Part shown: piece after piece, positions 25,115-32,000 of the stretch
Position numbering within the stretch: position 1 is the first letter of the stretch
Layout of the letters: every line of letters starts with the position of its first letter
Assembly (NCBI RefSeq): GCF_001945605.1
Contig: NZ_MPKA01000139.1
Span: forward strand, 30,001-62,000
DNA from: Dubosiella newyorkensis
Lineage (GTDB): Bacteria; Bacillota_I; Bacilli_A; Erysipelotrichales; Erysipelotrichaceae
Length of the DNA: 32,000 nt
Direction: 5' to 3'
Notes under the pieces: generated by a model
What the model saw: the letters and a program-made list of their open reading frames with translations, nothing else
Databases searched by the model: none
Told to the model about the DNA's origin: nothing
Program-made: the position numbers and the translations under genes

Positions 25115-27095
25115 AGGATTTTACGCAAAGCTCGCTTTTGAAAATCTGAAGAAAAATAAAAAGACATATCTACCTTTTATGATCACAAGCATGATGACGA
25201 CTATGATGTTGTATATGATCATCGCTCTTTCCGACAATCCGCAAATGAATAAAATGATTGGGGGCGGGGAGATCGCCATGATGCTAGGGCTTGGTGTCGT
25301 CATCGTCGAATTGTTCGCGATCATTTTCTTGTTTTATACCAATTCCTTTTTATTGAAGCGCAGAAAAAGAGAATTTGGTGTACTGACCGTTCTTGGGATG
25401 GAAAAGAAGCATCTAGCTAGAGTGGTTTTTTATGAACTATTTTACGTGCTGGCAGCTTCGCTTGCGCTTGGTTTATTGTTTGGGATCTTGTTCGACAAGC
25501 TGTTCTATTTGTTGATCATTAAAATGATCGGCACCGAAGTTCCTTTAGGCTTCTATATTTCGAAGCGCGGCTTGATCGAGACAGCTACGTATATTGGCGT
25601 CATCTATGGTTTGATGTGGCTCTATTCTGTTGTTCAGATCCAGACAAGCAAGCCGATCGATTTAATCAACGCCGATAAAGTTTCCGAAAAAGAGCCAAAA
25701 TCAAAATGGGTCTTGGCGATTGCAGGTTTGATCTGTCTTGCGATCGGGTATGGTCTTTCTTTATCGATCACCAATCCTGTAGAAGCGATGGTGCTCTTTT
25801 TTGTCGCTGTTGTTTTCGTAATCATTGGCACCTACTTGATCTTTACGACAGGAAGCATCACGCTGCTCAAGCTTCTTGAAAAAAACAAACACTTCTACTA
25901 TAAAACCTCTCATTTTTTGAGTGTTTCGAACATGAAGTTCCGCATGAAGCAAAATGCCGTTTCTTTAGCCAACATTTGTATATTGTCAACGATGGTCCTC
26001 GTCATGCTTTCGAGCACGCTCTCCTTATGGACGGGAATGGTCGACTCTGTCAACTCGATGCTAAAGAGAGATGAAACGATCACTGTTCATTTTGATCAAA
26101 TTGAGCAAGCGCCGCTGATCGAAGAAGCTGTTCAACGATCGATCCAAGAAAGCGGACTCGATCCCCAAGAAGCCGAACGATTTGTCTCGTATGCCACAGA
26201 TTTTAAAAAAGAAGGAAACCGATTTATCGTACAACCAGGTCATATGGCTGAAGTCTATATCGAGTTTATTCCTTTGTCCGCTTTTAATGAAGCCGAAAAA
26301 ACCGATCTGTATTTAGGGCAAGATGAATGTTATGTGTATTCCAAAAAAGGAAGCCTAGATGCCAAAGAGATCGAGGTCGACTCGATCCCGCTTCGCATCA
26401 AGGGCATCCTACATGAAACTTCTTTATTCTCGAGTACCGATACGTACATTAACGATACGCATACTTTGATCGTTCCAGATGCTCAATTCGAAGAGATCCG
26501 CTCGCATATCATTGAAACTTATGCCAAAGTCGGCATAGAATACGCGCCAAGCTTTGAATATCGTGAACAGTTCAATGTCGCCGAAGGAAAAGTCGATGAA
26601 ACAGTGTTGGATGAAGCATTGCACAAAAACCTTGAACCAATCGATGTGCTCACGTATTATGCGCGCAATTTTGATGAAATCATGCTTTCGTTTCGAAGCT
26701 TATATGCTGGCTTCTTCTTTATAGGGATCTTCTTGAGCATCTTGTTTATCATGGCGACGATCTTGATCATGTACTATAAGCAGATCTCGGAGGGCTATGA
26801 GGATGAAAAACGCTACGACATCATGCAGAAAGTCGGCTTGGATCAAAAACAGATCCAAGGCACGATCAAAACGCAAGTGCTCATCGTCTTCTTTTTGCCT
26901 CTGATCGTCGCAGGAATCCATATCGTCTTTGCTTTCCCGATGGTCAGTCGAATGTTGCGCATTCTTTCGCTGACAAATACGAATCTATTTATTTGGACGA
27001 CGATCGGCTGTTTTGCGGGCTTTAGTCTTCTCTATATTTTGATCTATTCGATCACTGCGAAAGTCTATTATGATATTGTCACAAAGCGTCCTTGA
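25107..27095 (+). CDS. ABC transporter permease, FtsX-domain BceB-type (10 TM, large extracellular loop)
   Basis: 662 aa with two FtsX-like 4-TM bundles flanking a ~220-aa soluble domain. Overlaps the ATPase gene by 8 nt. Confidence 0.9.
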   Translation: MSKGFYAKLAFENLKKNKKTYLPFMITSMMTTMMLYMIIALSDNPQMNKMIGGGEIAMMLGLGVVIVELFAIIFLFYTNSFLLKRRKREFGVLTVLGMEKKHLARVVFYELFYVLAASLALGLLFGILFDKLFYLLIIKMIGTEVPLGFYISKRGLIETATYIGVIYGLMWLYSVVQIQTSKPIDLINADKVSEKEPKSKWVLAIAGLICLAIGYGLSLSITNPVEAMVLFFVAVVFVIIGTYLIFTTGSITLLKLLEKNKHFYYKTSHFLSVSNMKFRMKQNAVSLANICILSTMVLVMLSSTLSLWTGMVDSVNSMLKRDETITVHFDQIEQAPLIEEAVQRSIQESGLDPQEAERFVSYATDFKKEGNRFIVQPGHMAEVYIEFIPLSAFNEAEKTDLYLGQDECYVYSKKGSLDAKEIEVDSIPLRIKGILHETSLFSSTDTYINDTHTLIVPDAQFEEIRSHIIETYAKVGIEYAPSFEYREQFNVAEGKVDETVLDEALHKNLEPIDVLTYYARNFDEIMLSFRSLYAGFFFIGIFLSILFIMATILIMYYKQISEGYEDEKRYDIMQKVGLDQKQIQGTIKTQVLIVFFLPLIVAGIHIVFAFPMVSRMLRILSLTNTNLFIWTTIGCFAGFSLLYILIYSITAKVYYDIVTKRP

Positions 27096-27117
27096 GTTGG
27101 ACGCTTTTGTGTTTTCG
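27085..27117 (+). terminator. Rho-independent terminator
   Basis: AGCGTCC (27085-27091) / GGACGCT (27099-27105) followed by a T-rich tail. Confidence 0.75.
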
Positions 27118-27145
27118 TGTATAGTAAAAAAAATGAGGTAGAAAA

Positions 27146-28147
27146 ATGAAAGTTATTGATATGCATTGCGATACGATCCTCGCATTGCTTGAGCAAGAAG
27201 AAAACGGCCATTCGATCAATTACTTGGAGAATGATTTGTCGATCAATTTGAACGCGTTAAAGAAAGGAAATGTTCTCGTGCAAAATTTTGCGCTGTTTAC
27301 GGATCTAAAAAAAAGAGCGATCCCTGAAGAAGAAACGATGAAGCTCTATGATCTCTATTGCCGGATGCTTGAAGAGCATTCGGATTTGATCGCCCCTGTG
27401 CTTACATATGGCGATATCGCAAAAAACGAGAAAGACGGGAAGATCTCGGGGCTTTTAACCCTTGAGGAAGGAGATGTCGTCTTCTCTTCTTTGGCCATGC
27501 TTCGCAATTATTATCGGATGGGTGTTCGAATGATCGCTTTGACATGGAACTATCCAAATCGGATCGGATCGCCCAATCTTTCCGCTTACGAATACAAAGA
27601 CTCCAAGATCCCGGATCCGCTCCAAAGAGTCGATACCGAACATGGATTGAGTGAATTTGGGATCGATTATCTTCGGGAAATGGAAAAGCTTGGAATCATC
27701 GTGGATGTCTCGCATCTTTCGGATGCCGGATTTTGGGATGTCGTGAAATACGCCACAAAACCTTTTGTCGCTTCTCACTCCAATGCCCGAAAAATCTGCG
27801 GGGTCGCCCGTAATCTCTCGGATGAAATGATCTTGGCGCTCCATGAAAAGGGCGGGGTCATGGGCTTGAATTTTTGCGGGGACTTTTTAAGCGAAGATCG
27901 AACGAACACATCAAGAATCGAGGATATGATCCAACACATCGATCATATCAAAAAGATCGCTGGCATCGATGTGATCGGGATCGGCAGCGATTTTGACGGC
28001 ATCAATTCCCAACTGGAAATCGCGGACGCAAGTCAGTTTGATTTGCTCGCCAACGCACTGTTAGAGCATGGTTATAGCCAAGAAGAGGTAGAAAAGATCT
28101 TTTATAAAAACGTGCTCCGTGTGTATTCGCAAGTGCTTCCTGAATGA
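27146..28147 (+). CDS. Membrane-dipeptidase-family (peptidase M19) protein
   Basis: The MKVIDMHCDTI start, LTWNYPN, VDVSHLSD, ASHSNAR and GIGSDFDG motifs are typical of M19 dipeptidases. Confidence 0.9.
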   Translation: MKVIDMHCDTILALLEQEENGHSINYLENDLSINLNALKKGNVLVQNFALFTDLKKRAIPEEETMKLYDLYCRMLEEHSDLIAPVLTYGDIAKNEKDGKISGLLTLEEGDVVFSSLAMLRNYYRMGVRMIALTWNYPNRIGSPNLSAYEYKDSKIPDPLQRVDTEHGLSEFGIDYLREMEKLGIIVDVSHLSDAGFWDVVKYATKPFVASHSNARKICGVARNLSDEMILALHEKGGVMGLNFCGDFLSEDRTNTSRIEDMIQHIDHIKKIAGIDVIGIGSDFDGINSQLEIADASQFDLLANALLEHGYSQEEVEKIFYKNVLRVYSQVLPE

Positions 28148-28161
28148 TTGTCTTGGATTGG

Positions 28162-28170
28162 TGGTATACT
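28162..28170 (+). promoter_or_regulatory. Extended -10 promoter (TGGTATACT)
   Basis: TGnTATACT lies about 35 nt upstream of ATG 28204. Confidence 0.4.
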
Positions 28171-28203
28171 ATAGCTATAGAACAATAAAAAAGAGGTATA
28201 GGT

Positions 28204-28536
28204 ATGGAAAATAAGGAAATGAATGTAGCGATGAATCCGAAATTACAGGATAAGTTCAACACGGTTTGCGAAGATCTCGGAATGGATCCCCAAGAAGCCA
28301 TCAATATTTTCGCTCAAAAGATGGTCAACGAACAAGCGGTTCCTTTTGAAATCAACGAGAATGACTATCCTGTCGATGAGGATGAGAAAAAGAAAGAAAT
28401 GATCGTGAAGATCTGCAAAGTGACAGGGATCGTTTCGGCGATCGTGCTCGTTTCGACATTGGTTGGAAAGCTGATCGTACATCTTGCGAAAAAAGAGATC
28501 CGTAAAGAAGAGAAGAAACTTTTCTTTTGGAAGTAA
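28204..28536 (+). CDS. RelB/DinJ-like ribbon-helix-helix domain fused to a C-terminal transmembrane anchor
   Basis: NVAMNPKLQDKFNTVCEDLGMDPQEAINIFAQKMVNEQAVPFEI matches the RelB/DinJ antitoxin fold pattern. It is followed by an acidic linker, the TM helix VTGIVSAIVLVSTLVGKLIV and a basic tail. SD AGAGG. Confidence 0.7.
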   Translation: MENKEMNVAMNPKLQDKFNTVCEDLGMDPQEAINIFAQKMVNEQAVPFEINENDYPVDEDEKKKEMIVKICKVTGIVSAIVLVSTLVGKLIVHLAKKEIRKEEKKLFFWK

Positions 28537-28542
28537 AGTGTG

Positions 28543-28570
28543 AACCCAGTTTTGGCTGGGTTTTCTTTTG
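28543..28570 (+). terminator. Rho-independent terminator
   Basis: AACCCAG (28543-28549) / CTGGGTT (28556-28562) followed by TTTTCTTTT. Confidence 0.75.
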
Positions 28571-28620
28571 TCTTGGTCAAAAAAGATTCGTTTCGTTCAA
28601 ATCGTCTTTATAATAAAGGC

Positions 28621-29538
28621 ATGATCACATTTTATCGAAACGGTGAACATGGAGAAATCATCAAGAGCGAGAAGAAAGAAGAGGCGAGCTGGGTCGATGT
28701 CGTTCATGCTTCCCGTGAAGAATTAGAACAGCTGCAAGCAGAGTATTCGATCGAGCCAACTTTTTTAGAGGCGGCGATGGATGAACAAGAAAGCGCCCAC
28801 CTAGAACAAGAACAAGATCAATTGCTGTTGATCATGGACCTTTGTAAAGAACAAACCGAAGCAAACCAAAAGATTCCGAAGTGGACGACTTTTCCTTTCG
28901 CGCTGATCGTAGTCCCACATCGCTTGATCACGATCAGCCACGAGGCGAATCCATTTTTAGAAGAAATGAAAAAGCGACGTGGGATCAAGCTCGAGGAGCC
29001 GATCCATTTTTATCTTGTGCTACTGAAGCTTGTTATTTTGAAATATCAAGAGTACCTCCGTACGATCGCATCGACTTCGAATGAAATATCCGAACGGCTT
29101 TATAAAAAGATGAACAATGAAGGTCTTCAGCAGCTCATGAAGCTCGATCAATCGCTTGTTTACTTTTCTTCCTCTTTGCAGGCGAATCAAAACGTCGTAG
29201 AAAAGATCCAGGAAATGGATCTTGCGAACGATCAAAAAGTACTGGAAACCACACTTGTCGAATGCAAACAAGCGTCCAAGATGTCAAATCTTTACCTCTC
29301 GATCAATGAGCGGATTTCAGAAGGATGCAATAATATTCTTTCTAACAGCATGAATATCGTCGTTCAAAGGCTTACTGTCATTACGATCATTCTTTCGATC
29401 CCTGCTATTGTATTTGGCTTTTATGGAATGAATGTAAAAAGTTTAAATCTTCCGCATCCGTGGATCCCGATCGCTTTGGCTTTGATTACTTCTCTTGCTT
29501 GCTGGATCTATTTTAAGCTGAGCGAACGCTACAAATAA
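28621..29538 (+). CDS. corA: CorA-family magnesium/cobalt transporter
   Basis: C-terminal two TM helices with the FYGMNV (GMN) motif. The start at ATG 28621 lies downstream of the terminator (the ORF-track start at 28540 sits inside it). Confidence 0.9.
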   Translation: MITFYRNGEHGEIIKSEKKEEASWVDVVHASREELEQLQAEYSIEPTFLEAAMDEQESAHLEQEQDQLLLIMDLCKEQTEANQKIPKWTTFPFALIVVPHRLITISHEANPFLEEMKKRRGIKLEEPIHFYLVLLKLVILKYQEYLRTIASTSNEISERLYKKMNNEGLQQLMKLDQSLVYFSSSLQANQNVVEKIQEMDLANDQKVLETTLVECKQASKMSNLYLSINERISEGCNNILSNSMNIVVQRLTVITIILSIPAIVFGFYGMNVKSLNLPHPWIPIALALITSLACWIYFKLSERYK

Positions 29539-29556
29539 GAAAAAAGGTAATATCGA

Positions 29557-30915
29557 ATGAATGATCAAAAAATTGAACAGGCCCTGAACGCGCTCCATTT
29601 TGAAGAAGCCGAAGCGCTTCTTCAAAAACAACAAGACGAAAAAAAGGATGACAACTATTGGCTCCTGCGTTCAAAGGCGGCGCGAGGATTATATCGTTTA
29701 GATGAGGCGCTTTTATGCGCGCAAAAAGCAAAAGACAAAGTCGAGATAGCCAAGTGCTTGTTCGCGCTAGGAAAGGTGGAAGAAGCGCTCCATGTCTTGC
29801 ATTCTTTGAAGAAAAACGAGGGAATCAAGCTTGTGGAAGCTTCGCTGTTAGGAGAGATCGGCCAAGTCAAGAAAGCTCTCATGCTTTTGGAGTCGATCGA
29901 TCCAGAACAGCTCAAGCCATCTGTTCGCGTAGAATATGAAACGTTGTACGCCGATCTGCTTTCGTTTCAAGAAAAGATCGAACCCGCTTTCTCGCATTAT
30001 CAAAACGCTTTGGACTTTGTTTCTTCATGCCAGGCAGATAATTGGAAGCCATTAAGAAGAATGCTCATTGAGCACAATATGGCGGATGTTTTTGAGCAAA
30101 TCGAAGAAGAAAAGCTCGCCCAGCTTCACTATGCCAAGGCCAAGGAGCAAATGACGCTCCAAAAGCAAAGCGATCTTTTGATCAGCGATCTTTCAAGCTA
30201 TGAGATCGAGCTGCTTCTTTCGAGCGCGAATTGTTTTGGGAATATGGAGGACTTTGATCAGGCCCATCAAGATCTGCATAAAGCCTACTCGCTCTGGCTT
30301 CAAAAACCGCCTTTTCAAAAAAAATATTTCGAGGCACGGATCGCCTATATTTCGGGTTTGATCTGGATGAATGAAGGAAAGGAAAACGAGGCGATCCGCG
30401 CATTTGAACATGCTTTTTCTATACAACAAGTGCTTGTAAAACAAGGCTTGGATAAAGAAGAGCATTTAGCGCGGAGCGCTTATTATTTAGCTTCGCTTCT
30501 TGATGATCAAAAAGAAAAGCTTGCTCTGTATGCGATCAGCGAGCCGATTTTTGAACAGAGAGTTGAGAAGGAGCCTTCTTTTTATCTTTCGTGTTTGGCA
30601 GATATCGAAAATGAGCGAGGGCGCTTGTTAGACCAAAGCGAATCCTACAAGAAAGCGATCGAGCTCTATACTCAGCTGTTAAAAAAGCATCCAGACGACC
30701 TTTTAGCCAAAGAATCACGACTGATCGCGATGATCAATTTATGGCAGAAAGGAGAAAAAGAATTGGAAGAAGCGATCCAGAAAGAGCTTGGAGAACTTTA
30801 TGAATGGGATGAAGATCCTTATTTTCTATATTCTGTTTGCCAATATTTAGAAGCGGATGGGCTCCCTTGGATTGCTGAGTTTCAAAAGAAGCTAAAACCA
30901 GTCTTCGACGCATAA
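29557..30915 (+). CDS. Tetratricopeptide-repeat-like hypothetical protein
   Basis: 452-aa all-helical protein with repeated A/L/Y-rich ~34-aa units. Starts 18 nt after corA. Confidence 0.7.
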   Translation: MNDQKIEQALNALHFEEAEALLQKQQDEKKDDNYWLLRSKAARGLYRLDEALLCAQKAKDKVEIAKCLFALGKVEEALHVLHSLKKNEGIKLVEASLLGEIGQVKKALMLLESIDPEQLKPSVRVEYETLYADLLSFQEKIEPAFSHYQNALDFVSSCQADNWKPLRRMLIEHNMADVFEQIEEEKLAQLHYAKAKEQMTLQKQSDLLISDLSSYEIELLLSSANCFGNMEDFDQAHQDLHKAYSLWLQKPPFQKKYFEARIAYISGLIWMNEGKENEAIRAFEHAFSIQQVLVKQGLDKEEHLARSAYYLASLLDDQKEKLALYAISEPIFEQRVEKEPSFYLSCLADIENERGRLLDQSESYKKAIELYTQLLKKHPDDLLAKESRLIAMINLWQKGEKELEEAIQKELGELYEWDEDPYFLYSVCQYLEADGLPWIAEFQKKLKPVFDA

Positions 30916-30938
30916 AAAAAGAGAAGCTTTCGCTTCTC
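30914..30938 (-). terminator. Rho-independent terminator of the GH3 gene (possibly bidirectional)
   Basis: GAGAAGC (30921-30927) / GCTTCTC (30932-30938). The T7 run is on the minus-strand side (plus-strand A-run 30914-30920). Confidence 0.75.
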
Positions 30939-30944
30939 GAATCA

Positions 30945-32000
30945 TCAATAGCTAAGACCGAATCCGAATTCGTAATAGTTTCCTTCTTGGTCTTTATAGG
31001 CGTAGCCTTTTCCGTTTTCATCTTTGAGTGAATCTGGAAGGTATTGGTCTTTTACATAGCCTGGAACATCGTTTGGCGAGATACAGACTCCTTTTTTATC
31101 TACCGCGATCACTTCATCGTTTTTAGGCAATGTGATCGGGAGTTTTCCAACAGGAGAGACTTTTCCATAGATCACTTCTAAAAGCGCTTGATCATATGTA
31201 TCAAATCCAACAAGGAGTGCATCTACATAAGGTTCGATGTTTTGAAGGATCCAAGGCATCGTGATGTTGACGGTGGCGATGATTTTTTTGCCCTCTGCTT
31301 TGGCATCTTTTGCGATTTGCATAACGCGAGCCATGTTTTTGATGGTCGTTTCTTCATGCTCTGTTTCTAAAGGAAGCCCTTCTTCTGAGAAGTCTTTTAC
31401 GATTTTTCCATCGCAAAGATCGATTTCCAGCAATCCCTTTGTGGCAGAGAAGTAGTTTCCAGAAGATGGCGACAAGACGAGGATGATCGCATCGGCTTGT
31501 TCAGGCGTAGTAGCGAGTTCGATCTTTTGGTCTTGATAAAGCTTTGTGAGCGTTTCTGTGAGCTTTTTAGTGGCTTCTTCGCTTTGATCAAAGCCTTCGA
31601 CATACACTTTTGTGTTTGCGGCTAACGGTAATGTTTCATTCGTGTTTTTGAGCAATACAACCGATTTGCGGTGAACATCCATCGCCGCGTCAAAATCGTT
31701 TTGATCGATGACTAGGTCATGGGCTTCTTCTTCGTTACGGTATGGGTTTTCGAATACACCGAGCTCGAATTTTTCTTTTAGCGTGCGTGTCACGGCGCGA
31801 TCCAAGGCTTCATCGCTCAATGTGATCTCTTCAAGCGTATACCCTGCTGGGATCGGATGATTTTTGTAGTAGTCGTTCGTTCTGCGTTCATAAGCTTCTT
31901 TGGCATAGTTGACTCCATAGCATTCTGAAATCATATCGACACCCGTATTGATGGCTAGAGCGATCCGTTCTGCGCGGTCAAGATCTTCAACGCCCCATCC
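30945..32000 (-). CDS. Glycoside hydrolase family 3 (beta-glucosidase-like), 5' end beyond window
   Basis: The frame stays open from 31934 to the window edge (GWGVEDLDRAERIALAINTGVDMISE...). Carries the GH3 C-terminal alpha/beta sandwich plus a terminal beta domain (KLPITLP...YEFGFGLSY). Confidence 0.9.
   Translation of the reverse strand, partial: GWGVEDLDRAERIALAINTGVDMISECYGVNYAKEAYERRTNDYYKNHPIPAGYTLEEITLSDEALDRAVTRTLKEKFELGVFENPYRNEEEAHDLVIDQNDFDAAMDVHRKSVVLLKNTNETLPLAANTKVYVEGFDQSEEATKKLTETLTKLYQDQKIELATTPEQADAIILVLSPSSGNYFSATKGLLEIDLCDGKIVKDFSEEGLPLETEHEETTIKNMARVMQIAKDAKAEGKKIIATVNITMPWILQNIEPYVDALLVGFDTYDQALLEVIYGKVSPVGKLPITLPKNDEVIAVDKKGVCISPNDVPGYVKDQYLPDSLKDENGKGYAYKDQEGNYYEFGFGLSY

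Overview
32-kb chromosomal window from a PolC / RNase J-type (Bacillota-like) genome with a mid-GC backbone (about 45-50% by eye). Left to right: the 3' part of eno; a CPA2 cation:proton antiporter; an ArsB/NhaD-type permease and a cytidylate-kinase-like gene, both broken at homopolymer runs; a self-contained 30-codon membrane-peptide cassette; a membrane-anchored hypothetical protein; and a ~3-kb AT-rich island. One sampled 60-nt stretch in the island gave ~27% GC, against ~53% for one in the backbone. The island carries a LytTR response regulator, an HPK10-like sensor kinase with no glycine-rich ATP-lid boxes, and two tandem paralogous secreted/membrane proteins. Then follow rubredoxin; a small acidic protein; a CX5R tyrosine phosphatase; a terminator-bounded ~330-nt non-coding stretch with repeated modules; a TPP riboswitch plus thiT-like gene; a metallophosphoesterase-rnj operon; def; a tightly packed ftsW/rodA-coaD-rnc-polC-bceRS-like gene string; a bceAB-like ABC transporter; an M19 dipeptidase; a membrane-anchored orphan RelB/DinJ-like protein; corA; a TPR protein; and the 3' part of a GH3 glycosidase. 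No rRNA, tRNA, CRISPR array, transposase or integrase was recognised. The best candidates for something new are: (1) the AT-rich LytTR island, which has a pseudokinase-like sensor, leader-sharing secreted cargo and no recognisable pheromone gene or exporter; (2) the repeat-containing orphan transcript at 11.1-11.46 kb; (3) a several-fold excess of GATC across the window; (4) the membrane-tethered DinJ-like protein with no toxin partner. All calls come from reading the sequence and ORF track; no database search was possible.
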